Positions 14,351-29,079 are shown, numbered from the stretch's first letter. The stretch: DNA of 64,000 nt from Eledone cirrhosa (GCA_964016885.1 OZ024751.1:26846001-26910000); one strand, 5' to 3'. A program made the numbers and translations. Notes: a model not told the origin generated them from the letters alone.

Positions 14351-14469
14351 TGAGATTCTACAGGACTAGAACTGTTTCATTCATTAGAAATCATCAGGAA
14401 TCTCAGGAGATTCCTGATGATTTCTAATGAATGAAACAGTTCTAGTCCTGTAGAATCTCATCTATATTA
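14342..14469. mobile_element. Perfect 128-bp palindrome made of two divergent hammerhead ribozymes
   Basis: Centre 14405-14406. Plus HHR 14407-14459: gagattc-CTGATGA-tttctaatgaat-GAAAC-agttctagtcct-GTA-gaatctc; mirror copy 14352-14404 on minus. Confidence 0.85.
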
Positions 14470-14540
14470 AAACTTTTATACTCTGCTATGTATTGAGTAC
14501 CTTACTTACTGTGGTTACCTCCGATTCAACCCGGAATAAC

Positions 14541-14592
<52 letters not shown>

Positions 14593-14694
14593 GTAGAACA
14601 CCGTTTGAGGTGAAACAAATTCTTCTCGGAAATGGTGTAATAACTGTTGTGGAACTACTTATATATATACACATGTGTGTGTGTGTGTGTGTGT

Positions 14695-14784
<90 letters not shown>

Positions 14785-15595
14785 GTGCGTGTGTGTGTGT
14801 GTGTGCAAGAAAAAACAGCCGCATGATAATGTATATATACATTATCTCATATATTATAATACATAGAGAAAATTGAAAACGTCTGATGCCCACAGAACCC
14901 ACCACAGAGGTCCACTTGTATATCATGTCTTAAATATATATATATCTGAAAGGGCCACCCGCTACTGACCTTCGCTCTACAACATATGTATATCTAGGGC
15001 CCATCTTTATATACCACACCCAGCACTTTCATCCTCTCTACTTTCACATCACTAACATATATTTCTCCCATAAAACTCGAGCCCACCATCTTAAAACCGT
15101 TAAAGCTTTACAAACCTTTGCAACCCCTCCCCGCAGCACTGGCGCCAGCGTTACGTCAGTTATTATAGAACATCTAGGTAATTATTTCGTTAATTCGAAG
15201 GTGAGGTGTATGAAAGGGTAGGGGTTACCTCAAACGTCGCTGGTAGGGCTCAAATTAGCTAATAGCTAGGCTTGGTGTATATTTTTTGTGGGGGTGTGTT
15301 GTTATGGGGTTACTGGGTATGATATTAAAGGGCTCGATAATTGTATGTCAGGTCAGTTAACCGTGTCATAGGGAGCCAACAATCTGCGATGTGGGTCCCT
15401 ATTATGAAGTTAATTATTAGTTGTATCCAATATACATAGGGACCACCAAGCTGACATCTAGGAGCCACTGTATACACCAAACAGGTTAATTACGGGTTTG
15501 GAATTGGTTGTTTGTGGCCACTTGAAACACCTCCATAATTAAGGGAGCAATCAGGGACTTAACGAACTTTAGGGGCTGCTTTTTCTCGTTCGTTA

Positions 15596-15661
<66 letters not shown>

Positions 15662-15687
15662 TGGTAGTAGTGGTAGTGGTAGTAGTG

Positions 15688-15731
<44 letters not shown>

Positions 15732-16116
15732 TGTAGTAGTAGTAGTAGTAGTAGTAGTAGTTGTTGTTGTTGTTGTTGTTGTTATAGTAGTAGTAGTAGT
15801 GGTGATGGTGGTGGTGGTGATAGTAGCGTTGGCTTTAGTGGCTGTGGTGGTGGTGTTGGTGTTTGTGGTGGCTCTCGTGTTGATGGTATTAGTGTTGTTG
15901 TTGTTGTTATTGTTGTCGTTGGTAGTGGTGGTGGTGGTGGTGGTGGTGGTAGTGGTGCTAGTGGTGGTGGTGGTGGTAGTGGTGGTGGTGGTGGAGGTAT
16001 TGGTGGTGGTGTTGTTGGTGGTGGTAGTGGTGGGGGTGGTGGTAGTGGTGTTGTTGTTGGTGGTGGTAGTGGTGGTGATGGTGGTGGTGGTGGTAGTGGT
16101 GGTGGTAGTGGTGGTG

Positions 16117-16148
<32 letters not shown>

Positions 16149-16207
16149 GGTGGAAGTGTTGGTGGTGGTGGTGGTGGAGGTATTGGTGGTGGTGTTGTTG
16201 GTGGTGG
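15596..16207. repeat. (GTA)n/(GTG)n/(GTT)n compound trinucleotide microsatellite
   Basis: Direct inspection. Confidence 0.9.
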
Positions 16208-16701
16208 CTATTCCGAATCCCTGTTGTGCGAACATGAATATCAGATGATGACAAACATTAAAACTCCTAAAAAATGTGACATCTGGCGGTTGTTGCAGTT
16301 AGGAGACTTTCCAAGGGAGCTAAATATATACTGGGAGCCATGTAGGGAGTCAGAATCGGAATCAGTGTGAGTAGAGGGTGGGAGCAAGGAAAACCCTGTT
16401 TATTTATCGACATCACATCAAAGATTTAAGGGGCTGTTGTGTGTGTGGAGGGTGTGTAGGGGTGTATGGGGTTTCATGTGTGGTGGGGGAGGGTGCCTGG
16501 AAACAAAGGAACAGCGGAGGGTCATTTAAATAAAAATATTTCTGGGACAAGATTTCAAAATTCCTAGGGTGTTTGTGTTATACGAACAAAACCCTCGGCC
16601 GGTGGGGAGAGGGTGAAGTATACGGAGGTTGGGGTATGGAGTGTGATGAGGTGGGGAGTTGCAGTATGGAGGAGGGAAGTGCTCTATGGTGGTGGTGGTG
16701 A

Positions 16702-16737
<36 letters not shown>

Positions 16738-16795
16738 AATGAGTTATTTGGTTTGTTGATTATTCAACAAAGTTAATTGATAACAGATTAGAAGC

Positions 16796-17943
16796 ACTCA
16801 ACCTTAACTCAGACCTATATTACCCGTTCCATAAGATTAATGAAAACCTAAACTACGTTAGCTTCTACTCTAACCACCCTAGAAATGTTAAAAAGGCTAA
16901 AGTTAATAGTGTCCAGCAAAGAATATCTAGACTCTCAGCTAATAAAAATGTATTTGATAACAAAACAGAATATTACAATGACGCTCTACACAGAGCTGGA
17001 TACAATAATAAAATTAACTACATAGATAAGAATAGTATACACCAACCTCCTAAAGTGTCCTATAATGAACAGATTAACCAAAATAATAAATCAAATAAAA
17101 AAGCTAGAACTAGAAATATAATTTGGTATTCCCCTCCAATTTCATTAAGAATTAAGACACCTTTAACACACCAATTCTTTAAGGCTTTAGATAAATGTTT
17201 TCCCAAGTCCCATAAGTATCACTCCATTTTGAACAGACATACAGTCAAGCTCTCTTACTCTACTACTATGAATATAGTACAAAATATTAATAGAATTAAT
17301 AATATAAATTACAGAATAATCAAAACTATGTTCAAAACATTTTATTGCTGACAATAATTAGAATTAATAACAAATAAAATTAATAATAGGAATTTAAAAT
17401 TAAACTCAACCCAAATAAATTCAAATAGCAATAACAATAGCTAATAACATTACGTATAATAATTATAGCGAATGCACAAATAATAATATCGTATCTCTAA
17501 ACAACAATTTTAGAAAATGTAATTGCAGAAATAACATATCATGCCCTTTTCAGAATAATTGCCTAGATACAAATTTAGTATACAAATGCACCATAAAACC
17601 TAGAGATAGATTATATAATTATATAGGAGCTACTTCTACAAGATTTAAGAACCGTTGGTATAATCATAAACATACTTTCAAACGATCGGACAAAAAATTC
17701 TTAACCTCACTATCACAATTAATTTGGTCTTTAAAAGACAGTAACACTGACTATTCGATCTCTTGGCGAAGTATATCGAAAGCACCTGTTTACCAAAATA
17801 TGGCTCTCTCAAGAATTTGTCATCTTGAAGTAATCTTTCATATAATTACCAATCCTGGTAATATTAATAACAAAAAACAGGAAATATTCAATTCTTGTTT
17901 GCATCGATTCTCCAGAACATTTCACAATATTTACAATTTATAG
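16796..17943 (+). pseudogene. PLE polyprotein C-terminus (RT thumb + GIY-YIG endonuclease), frameshifted
   Basis: YSNHPRNVKK..RISRLS..YYNDALHRAGY; RNIIWYSPP..HTVKLSYS; CNCRNNISCPFQNNCLDTNLVYKCTI..YIGATSTRFKNRWYNHKHTF. Confidence 0.9.
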
Positions 17944-18105
17944 AAAATAATACACATGGTCTGTATAAGTTGCCTCTGTACAATATATATTTTTTGACAT
18001 ATCTTCATGTGAACTTATTGGTATAAGCACAAGGAAAATATCTTCATTGTGCTTATACCAATAAGTTCACATGAAGATATGTCACTATCATAACACCAAA
18101 TATTA

Positions 18106-18166
18106 TATTTTATCTGACGAAAGCGTACTTAAATATTAGTACCCTTGAAATACGTATAATAAAATA
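18106..18166 (+). ncRNA. Hammerhead ribozyme in the PLE pLTR
   Basis: tattttat-CTGACGA-aagcgtact..agtaccctt-GAAA-TACGTA-TA-ataaaata; palindromic stem III ATACGTAT. Confidence 0.8.
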
Positions 18167-18372
18167 AATATGGTTTTATAAAGATATTTTCTATTTATTA
18201 ATATTGTTAATATTAATGATATTCCAGATAAATCTGTGGAGTTCTTCTAATCTGTTGTAAAATTTAACTTTGTTGAATAATCAACAAACCATATAACTCA
18301 TTGTTTATATATATATATATATATATATATCTACACTTAAGTGGACTACCTATAACAATAATTTGTTACCCC

Positions 18373-18493
<121 letters not shown>

Positions 18494-18975
18494 GACCCTG
18501 CCAACTTTTGCTCTGTATGTAAAGTAGCTTCGTCAACCGATGTTCATAAGCATAACTACTCTAAGGTTCTAGCATATTTTCGTCTAGTATCCAAGATAAA
18601 GAACCAGAAACTATGCCGTTAGGGTCCTCTCCCTAGGTTTCTAAAGCCTGCTGATAAAATTTACCGCTTCTAAAACTAAAAGCGAGGATATAAAAATGTA
18701 ATATCTACATGAACACGTCTAATATGATTCAATACACAGCCCAGTCATATATATACATTTGTGTGTGGTGTGTGTATGAGAGAGAGACCCGGATTCAATC
18801 GGGGGAACCACAGTTAGTAAGGTACTCAATATATTAGTAGAGTGTAAACATCAAGGTTAATATAGAAATGGTTTCTACAGGTAAGAAATCTTTCATTAAA
18901 AAAAAAACATCGGAAAATCCCTGATAATTTTCTAGCCCTGTAGAAGTAATTTCTATATGAAACTTAAAAGAAAAG

Positions 18976-19020
<45 letters not shown>

Positions 19021-19028
<8 letters not shown>

Positions 19029-19164
19029 TAAATAACAGATTAAAGTTTAAGCAAAGAATCGCTGCTTTCACCCTTAACGGGATCTTCTGGGTTTCAGAAG
19101 ATCCCGTTAAGGGTGAAAGCAGCGATTCTTTGCTTAAACTTTAATCTGTTATTTTAATAAATAT
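19021..19164. repeat. Near-perfect 144-bp palindrome with a degenerate hammerhead-like core
   Basis: Arms meet at 19090-19094; right arm CAGAAGA-tcccgttaagggt-GAAA; adjoins (TA)n. Confidence 0.7.
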
Positions 19165-19247
19165 TTGCTCTACGGTTCTTATATATTTGATATATATTTA
19201 TCCTTATCGAGCCCTCTTTGGATTTTAGTCTTCAAATTTATTATTAT

Positions 19248-19346
<99 letters not shown>

Positions 19347-19381
19347 GAGAGAGAGAGAGAAAGAGTGGGAGAGAGAGAGAT

Positions 19382-19427
<46 letters not shown>

Positions 19428-19506
19428 AATAAGCTAGGATAATATTATACAACTTTTATTGACGTTCATATTACTTAGTTGTGGAGTTTACCTCTAAAAA
19501 CAATAG

Positions 19507-19569
<63 letters not shown>

Positions 19570-19840
19570 TAACAAATGGAAACTATATTTATAAAACCAT
19601 ATTTATTTCATTATACTTATTTCAAGGGTCACCAAGGCAAATTATGGTGCGCTTTCATCAGATAAAATATAATATAGGTTAGTTTTATAAATAAATATTG
19701 ACATACCATGAAAAAATGCAACCATTCTGGTTGGAATCTAGATATAGTTCCATTTGTATATTTACTCCAATAATTTGTTGAGTGCTTTATATCAGTTATA
19801 AACATATTTTGCTTGTTGTATCCCAACAAATTAAATATAA
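19570..19840 (-). mobile_element. Solo PLE pLTR fragment with HHR (about 19604-19669), same family as 18106
   Basis: Minus: tattttat-CTGATGA-aagcgcacc..ggtgaccctt-GAAA-taagta-TA-atgaaata followed by aatatggttttataaa. Confidence 0.75.
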
Positions 19841-19907
19841 CCTCTACATATATATATATATACACATATATATATATACATATATATATACATATATATA
19901 TATATAC

Positions 19908-19940
<33 letters not shown>

Positions 19941-20189
19941 CACATATATATATATACATATATATATACATATATATATATACATATATATATACATATA
20001 TATATATATACACACACACACACATGTATACATATATATGTATGTGTGTGTGTGTATGTAAGGGCTGAAAACGATATCAAATATCTGATATCAACAATAA
20101 TTATACCTGACACTGTTGAAGTTTCATATTCCACACTGGCAGTGAGGCTAACACACATACACACACATACACACATACACACACATACA

Positions 20190-20283
<94 letters not shown>

Positions 20284-20850
20284 CACACACACATACACAC
20301 ATACACAGACACACTTGTACACACAGGCACACACACATACACACACACACATACACACACACACATACATATACATACACACACACACACAGGCACACAC
20401 ACACATACACACACACACGCGCGCGCACTTGCACACACAGGCACACACAGATACACACACACGCTCTCACACACACACATACTGGCAGTCAGGCTAAAAC
20501 ACACACACGTGCGCGTGTATAATATATATATATTGTATATATATATATACATGTACATAATATATACATACATATACATATATATGTGTATATATATGTA
20601 GATATACATATATATATTTATATGTGTATACATATATACATATATATATGTATATATATATGTATGTGTATATATATATATATATACACGCATATATATT
20701 TATATGTACATATATATATATGTATGCATATATATATCTATATACATATACATATACATATACATATATATACATTTACATACATATGTATATACATATA
20801 TATGTATGTATATATATATATATAATACACATACATATATATATATACAC

Positions 20851-20935
<85 letters not shown>

Positions 20936-20936
20936 T

Positions 20937-21090
<154 letters not shown>

Positions 21091-21110
21091 ATATATATAT
21101 ATATATATAT

Positions 21111-21307
<197 letters not shown>

Positions 21308-21451
21308 TACCATGACCTTTCAGGAATTATTTAAATCCACCCGCTTTAGAGGCCAGCGGGGTACCCACTGACTGAGTGAAGAATTCTTACTAAATTATTT
21401 AATTCCAAGATTTAATTAAAATTTTATATCCGTGTGACTCTCAAAATATCC

Positions 21452-23365
21452 TTGTGAAGCTCTCCTCCCCTTCTTTATATTGCTGTTAATACTGTGAAGC
21501 TCTCCTCCCCTGCTTTATATTGCTGTTATTACTGTGAAGCTCTCCTCCCCTACTTTATATTGCTGTTATTACTGTGAAGCTCTCCTCCCCTACTTTATAT
21601 TGCTGTTATTACTGTGAAGCTCTCCTCCCCTGCTTTATATTGCTGTTATTACTGTGAAGCTCTCCTCCCCTACTTTATATTGCTGTTATTACAGTGAAGC
21701 TCTCCTCCCCTGCTTTATATTGCTGTTATTACTGTGAAGCTCTCCTCCCCTACTTTATATAGCTGTTATTACTGTGAAGCTCTCCTCCCCTGCTTTATAT
21801 TGCTGTTAATACTGTGAAGCTCTCCTCCCCTACTTTATATTGCTGTTATTACTGTGAAGCTCTCCTCCCCTACTTTATATTGCTGTTATTACTGTGAAGC
21901 TCTCCTCCCCTACTTTATATTGCTGTTATTACTGTGAAGCTCTCCTCCCCTGCTTTATATTGCTGTTATTACTGTGAAGCTCTCCTCCCCTACTTTATAT
22001 TGCTGTTATTACTGTGAAGCTCTCCTCCCCTGCTTTATATTGCTGTTAATACTGTGAAGCTCTCCTCCCCTACTTTATATTGCTGTTAATACTGTGAAGC
22101 TCTCCTCCCCTGCTTTATATTGCTGTTATTACTGTGAAGCTCTCCTCCCCTGCTTTATATTGCTGTTATTACTGTGAAGCTCTCCTCCTCTACTTTATAT
22201 TGCTGTTAATACTGTGAAGCTCTCCTCCCCTACTTTATATTGCTGTTAATACTGTGAAGCTCTCCTCCCCTACTTTATATTGCTGTTATTACTGTGAAGC
22301 TCTCCTCCCCTGCTTTATATTGCTGTTATTACTGTGAAGCTCTCCTCCCTACTTTATATTGCTGTTAATACTGTGAAGCTCTCCTCCCCTACTTTATGTT
22401 GTTGTTACTGCGAAGCTCTCCTCCCCTACTTTATATTGCTGTTACTGTGAAGCTCTCCTCCCTACTTTATATTGTTATTACTGTGAAGCTCTTCTCCCTA
22501 CTTTATATTGTTTTATTGTGAAGCTCTCCTCCCTACTTTATATTGCTGTTACTGTGAAGCTCTCCTCCCCTTCTTTATATTGCTGTTATTACTGTGAAGC
22601 TCTCCTCCCCTGCTTTATATTGCTGTTAATACTGTGAAGCTCTCCTCCCCTACTTTATATTGCTGTTATTACTGTGAAGCTCTCCTCCCCTGCTTTATAT
22701 TGCTGTTATTACTATGAAACTCTCCTCCCCTGCTTTATATTGCTGTTATTACTGTGAAGCTCTCCTCCCCTGCTTTATATTGCTGTTAATACTGTGAAGC
22801 TCTCCTCCCTACTTTATATTGTGTTATTGTGAAGCTCTCCTCCCTACTTTATATTAATGTTTCTGTGAAGCTCTCCTCTCTACTTTATATTGCTGCTACT
22901 ATGAAACTCTTCTCCCCTGCTTTATATTTCTGTTATTACTGTGAAGCTCTTCTCCCTACTTTATATTGTTTTATTGTGAAGCTCTTCTCCCTACTTTATA
23001 TTGCTGCTACTATGAAGCTCTCCTCCCTACTTTATATTGCTGTTATTACTGTGAAGCTCTCCTCCCTACTTTATATTGTTATTACTGTGAAGCTCTTCTC
23101 CCTACTTTATATTGCTGTTATTGTGAAGCTCTCCTCCCTACTTTATATTGTTATTACTGTGAAGCTCTTCTCCCTACTTTATATTGCTGTTATTGTGAAG
23201 CTCTCCTCCCCTATTTTATATTGCTGTTACTGTGAATCTCTCCTCCCTACTTTATATTGCTGTTATTGTGAAGCTCTCCTCCCCTACTTTATATTGCTGG
23301 TACTGTGAAGCTCTCCTCCCTACTTTATATTGCTGTTATAGTGAAGCTCTCCTCCTCTACTTATA
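21452..23365. repeat. Minisatellite, about 40-bp unit actgtgaagctctcctcccctactttatattgctgttatt
   Basis: Regular 40-bp period in the first half, decaying to 36-39 bp variants distally. Confidence 0.95.
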
Positions 23366-23811
23366 TTCCAGAGTTTGAAATGCGAGTGTATTAGATTTCA
23401 TATAGTAATTGGAACTCAGCGCTAGGAAGCTGTTAAAACAGCAAATTGCCCTCATAGGTGGCGTCGGATAAAATTTACCTCAAATCCGCATATAATAAAC
23501 CATCATAATAACCACCATATGAACACGAAATGTTAGACATTTCTATGCTTTATATGTTTATTCAGTCAATACAGCAGCAGAGGGCCGACGAGCTTTTGAT
23601 TCCAGAGTTGGGCCAGATCGAAACTTGAGCTGATCCTTGAGCTGATCAATAACTAAACACGCGCCACCAATCAATAAATGTAAGGAAGGCTTAACAAATC
23701 ATCCTTGTATTATTATATTACACTCTGTCTAGCTCTACACCTCACCCTTGACGTGAACCTAAACATCGAGTACTCGTGAAGAACCTACAGTAACTTCATG
23801 TTAGACTCCCT

Positions 23812-23859
<48 letters not shown>

Positions 23860-24329
23860 GTGTATACATGCATGCATACATAATTATATTCATACATAGG
23901 CAATAAGATATATACAAATAAATTATTAATGTATGCATATGTGTATGTATATGTGTGTATGCATGTGATAAGCATGTGTGTATATATGTGTATGTGTATG
24001 TATGTATGTATGTATGTATGTATGTATGTATGTATGTATGTATGTATGTATGTATGTATGTATGTATGTGTGTATGCATGTGTATGTATATATGTATGTA
24101 TATGTGTATGTATGTGTGTATGTATATATGTATGTAAGTATGCATGTATATATATATATGTATATATGTATGTGTGTATGTATGTGTGTATGTATGTATA
24201 TTTGTATGTATGTATGTGTGTGTGTATGTATGTGTGTGTGTGAGTACAACTAAAAGCCATTATCGTAAAAGACACTTGAAAAGCTTTTTCATGTTTTGAA
24301 TTGATTAAGACATGTTAATTTGTTAAAGA

Positions 24330-24628
24330 CTACCACCACCACTACCACTACCACTACCACCACCACTACCACTACTACTACCACCACCACCACTACCACT
24401 ACCACCACCACTACCACTACCACCACCACTACCACTACTACTACCACCACCACTACCACTACCACCACTACCACCACCACCACCACCACCACCACCACCA
24501 CCACTACCACCACCACCACCACCACCACCACCACCACCACCACCACCACCACCACCACCACCACCACTACCACTACCACTACTACCACCACTACCACTAC
24601 CACCACCACTACCACTACCACTACCACC
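24330..24628. repeat. (CCA/CTA)n microsatellite
   Basis: Direct inspection. Confidence 0.95.
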
Positions 24629-24635
24629 AAGCTAG

Positions 24636-25080
24636 CTTGGTGGGGTTGCCGGTTTAGTCGCCGATGACCCGACTATGAGACAGGTTGTACAGGGTTACAT
24701 GTGACCAGTAGCACTCGAGAGTGACCTGACATAAATACATACATATATGATGGCTGCCCCCTCGTTATCGAATATGGCTATTGCACGATGTAACATTATT
24801 CTATCGTGTAATGCCTGTGCGTGAAGATTTTTTTAAAAGTGAGGATAGACTGTGCACTGAGCCAGTCCCACTCTCTGAGCGACAGTAGCTATAACCCAAA
24901 ATAGAAACGATCAACATCATCGGTAACTACAGAGCTGCAGGTTTTATGTCGGAGTTATCCCAGTTTCCTGAGTCGCCTTCTCCTAGAAGAATGCCCTGAC
25001 AAAAGCTGGGGATCCTTCACTCCCAGTGGTTTAATCGCGCGGTCGAGTATCCAGCCCGGTTATTTCCATGTCCCCTCGCA
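24636..25080 (-). mobile_element. Interspersed repeat resembling an RTE-type 5' region; related copies at 25634-25800 and 54425-55012
   Basis: Shared blocks cttggtggggttgcc.gtttagtcgcc, gatggctgccccctcgttatcg and gagccagtcccactctc; minus-strand CTAGGAGAAGG motif; (TACA)n flanks. Confidence 0.5.
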
Positions 25081-25154
25081 TACAAACACATACAAACATA
25101 TACACACACGCATACCCCCCCCCCCCTATATATATATATATTTATATATATATA

Positions 25155-25489
25155 TAAAGAAAAAGAGATGAAATCGATCGAAAATGCAACTGGAGTCTTA
25201 TTTTTTTTTTAAATATATATATTTATTTGGTTCCTTTACCGGTTTCGCAGTTATTCTGCTTTTGAAAAGGTGAGTTGAGATGGAGGGTCTGTGGTTTTTC
25301 TCACTGAGAAAAACCACAGACCCTCCATCTCAACTCACCTTTTGAAAAGCAGAAGAACTGCGAAATAAATATATATATTTTAAAAAAAAATAAGACTCCA
25401 GTTGCATTTTCGATTTCATCTCTTTTTCTTTATACTTTCACTCGTGTAGGACACCTCGGTTATTTTTCATTTTGTAAAAAAAACCTCAC

Positions 25490-25495
<6 letters not shown>
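25155..25495. mobile_element. Palindromic PLE-type terminal fragment with a U3-A8 hammerhead variant
   Basis: Arms about 25155-25303 and 25305-25434; composite motif cctt-TTGAAAA-gcag..ctgc-GAAA-CCGG-TA-aagg; (TA)n on both sides. Confidence 0.7.
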
Positions 25496-25552
<57 letters not shown>

Positions 25553-26035
25553 CATACATATGTACATATGTACATACATATTTACACATTTTTTGATGGC
25601 CGTTGACTCTGATGAGTTCTTCCGTACATACATGATGGCTGCCCCCTCGTTATCGAGTATGGCCATTGCACGATATACCATTATTAATAATTATTAATTA
25701 ATTCTATCGTGCAATGCCTGTGCGTGAACATATTTTTTAAAGTGAGGAAAGACTGTGCACTGAGCCAATCCCACTCTCTGAGAGACAGTAGCTATAACCC
25801 GAAAAAATACATACATACATACATAGATACATAGATACATACATACATACACACACACATACATACACACATACATACACACATACATACACACATACAC
25901 ACATACATACATATATACATACACATGTAAAACTTTCCAAAAATTCCGCATGTAATAAGTTCATGTACAAATCATATACTCATGCTAACATATAACTCGA
26001 AACACACACATCCACACATACAATAACATCCATAC

Positions 26036-26133
<98 letters not shown>

Positions 26134-26309
26134 CTACCTACTTGATGTTGTCTAAATTCCAATGTGAGAGTCGTGTATCTATTTTAAAAACCGACTCTCT
26201 ATTGGTAATAAATCGTAAAATTATAAAACAATAAGAACATACATATATACATACATATACATACATATACATACATATACATACATATACATACATATAC
26301 ATACGTACG

Positions 26310-26388
<79 letters not shown>

Positions 26389-27332
26389 ATGTGTGTGTGT
26401 GTGTGTACAAACATACCTACATGTATATATATTTATATGTACATACACATGCATACACATAATATGTAAATTACTTTGGACAAAATTCTTCGTAACTCTT
26501 TTTCTACTGACTAAAGCAAAGTTGAGAAGATTACATTTCGCTGATGAGATCTAATTAAACCGGAACATGCCTGGATCCCAGTCACCTTGCCTGCTAACAA
26601 ACAACTGAATAGTTGTTCTAAGCATACCAATTAGTCAACTATCCTGGACACCCCACCACATAACCCTAACCAACCCTCTCTCTATGTTTTCTCCTTAAAC
26701 TTCGTGACCCTAACTTTACCAATGCCCCACCCCCCTTCCCCCAGTCGTTAATGACCCTCCTGAAATTATTTCTAAAATCATTTTCTTCTTTTCTATCTCT
26801 TCTGACATCCGTCAAACCATTTTTCGAGTGTTTTTTGTTAAACCACCGGAAATGCAGATAATTTATTGTTGAAATACCGGAAGTATAGATATCATCGAAA
26901 GTCAATATTTCGCCGGAAATAAACACTTCACTACTTGAAGCAAGTTAGACGTTTCTGTTGCATGTTTCAAATAGAAATGAGTTGGCGTGATTGGGTGTGA
27001 TTTGGATGACGTGGTGTGGTTTGTGTAATATAACGTTATTTTAGTGTGACTTGGTGTGATTTGGATGACGTGGTGTGGCTTGTGGAATATAACGTTATTT
27101 TACTGTTACTTGGTGATCCAGCGTGACCCTGCATGTAACAATGTTGGCTCTATTTCATGGACTTTCAATGGCGGGGACCAATTCAAGACTATGAAAACTA
27201 ACCTTTATCCTACAATATTTAAGGAACCAGAAATGAATTTTTGTTTTACTAACATAAATAATATATTTAGATGAAATGTTTTGGTAGGGTTTCCCTGCCA
27301 GATTCGTTGGCTCCTGTCACGTGGGTTTAAAC

Positions 27333-28418
27333 CAGAGGTTCTCAAAGTGGGCGCTACCACCGCTCGAGGAGGGGGTGAGAAGGTCCAGGGAACGATGGAG
27401 GCTAAGGGGTGGTGGGGGTCACTATGAATTTATTATTTATAATATTATTATAGTATTGTACATATATGATATAATAGTATATTAAATATCAAATGATACA
27501 TATTATCTATATATATAAAACAGAGGATGTCTGTCTGTGTGTATGTTTCCCTAAAACTCAAGAAGTACCCAACCGTTTTTTTTTCAAACTTTACATATGT
27601 AATAATTATGGTCCTGTGAGTGTTTTGAGCAAAAAATATTTCAAATTTTCAATGCCCTAGAGACCGCATTAGGCGAAAAGCCGATTTTTTAAAGCATTTT
27701 GGTTGCGTTAGGGCCTGTAACTCGAGAAGTACCCAACCGATTTTGTTTTTTAAACTTTGCATATGGATTACTTATGTTTCACAAATTTTCTTGACTGAAA
27801 AAGATTTCAAATTTTTACCCGGGGACCGCATTGTTTAGCATTTTGGTTGCGTTTGGGCCTGCAACCTTAAAAGTGTCCAACTAAATTCCTTCATGCTCTC
27901 CACCACTGCAGTCCCACATGCTTACTGCTCTGTAACTATTGCTTTCATTGTACCATAGCACAATACATGTTCGGTTTGTCGAATGCCTTTTTACTTAACC
28001 CTATCGTCTTGGCTTTCATGGGGTGAACATTTTACTCTCAGGCACCCAATTAAGTTAAACTCCTGGTAATCTACGACGATTTTTTTTTTATAAGCATAAA
28101 ATGTAGACACCATCCCCAGGCCGAGGTATTCCGTACTTCTCTGTACTGTTTCAGAAAGGAGGGATAAACATGCCAATCTATGTTTAGAATCCCGAGCAAC
28201 GCCGGGCCATTCTGCTAGTATATAAATATAGTACAATGAAAAATACATAATATTTATTTATATATAGTATATATTATATTATTTATTATATATAAATTAA
28301 CGGTTTTATTTATTATATATTATTTACAATTTGTATCTGTCTAGAAATAGAATTGGGGGAGCTGAGGGTGTTACGTTCCGTGAGTGGGGGTGGTGACCCC
28401 AAAGTTTGAGAAGCTCTG
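27333..28418. mobile_element. hAT (Charlie-like) non-autonomous DNA transposon
   Basis: TIRs cagaggttctcaaa/tttgagaagctctg; 8-bp TSD gtttaaac/gtttaaag. Confidence 0.75.
27506..28218 (+). mobile_element. Non-autonomous Helitron nested in the hAT MITE
   Basis: Starts a|TCTATATATATAAAA; subterminal GC hairpin cccgagcaacgccggg; ends CTAG|t. Confidence 0.75.
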
Positions 28419-28845
28419 GTTTAAAGGAAAGCTAGACAATACAGTTGTATAACTACAATATAAGAGGTGGCCTGTGAATTGGTGAACAATCTACTTGAAA
28501 CAGACCTAAACTTCACTACTGAGATACATTACAGTTAAATATATCAAACAAGACTTCTTTCTATTCAGCAAATACTTCATATGTTCTATACCACGAACAT
28601 TTGGTCTAGATGCATTCCACCTCTTTTATCAAGTGTTCATCTGCACACACACACACATACACACACATATATACATATATAGTTCAAGGAGACAACGAGA
28701 CTTATTAGTTTCACGCTTTATATTAGCAAAAGAAAAGAAAGATCGGGTTTAAGTCCTTCTTTAGGAATACAACATAGAGACAGGATCACAAAGGAGAATT
28801 AGAAAAAGGTCCAAGTAAAATAAAATAAAATCGAAAATGAAGCTG

Positions 28846-28890
<45 letters not shown>

Positions 28891-28892
<2 letters not shown>

Positions 28893-29050
28893 GGAAAGGA
28901 AAATGCAAGTGGAGTCTTTTTAAAAATATTTAGGAAATAAATAAATATTCTTAAAAAGACTCCAGTTGCATTTTCGATTTCTTTTACTTATAATTTCACC
29001 CGTGTAGGACATCTGTTTTTTTAATTTATTTAAAAATACCGCATTTTCTC
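28891..29050. mobile_element. Short fold-back copy of the 25155-25495 family
   Basis: gaaaatgcaagtggagtctt/aagactccagttgcattttc inverted; shared 3' tail cgtgtaggaca. Confidence 0.65.
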
Positions 29051-29079
29051 ATATATATATATATGTACATATATATATC

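Larger units (their letters stand above)
16734..18306 (+). mobile_element. 5'-truncated Penelope-like element with 3' pLTR and an inverted 5' copy of its end
   Basis: RT thumb, linker and GIY-YIG coding region; HHR at 18106-18166; 43-bp inverted repeat 16734-16776/18264-18306; both flanks are (TA)n. Confidence 0.9.

Noticed and set aside
21452-23365. CRISPR-like periodicity of the 40-bp array (also the 48-, 34- and 31-bp arrays)
   Set aside because: Units are contiguous with no unique spacers, there are no cas genes, and the context is eukaryotic
26846-26920. Cluster of three CCGGAA (ETS-like) motifs as a promoter
   Set aside because: No supported adjacent first exon; short motifs alone are insufficient
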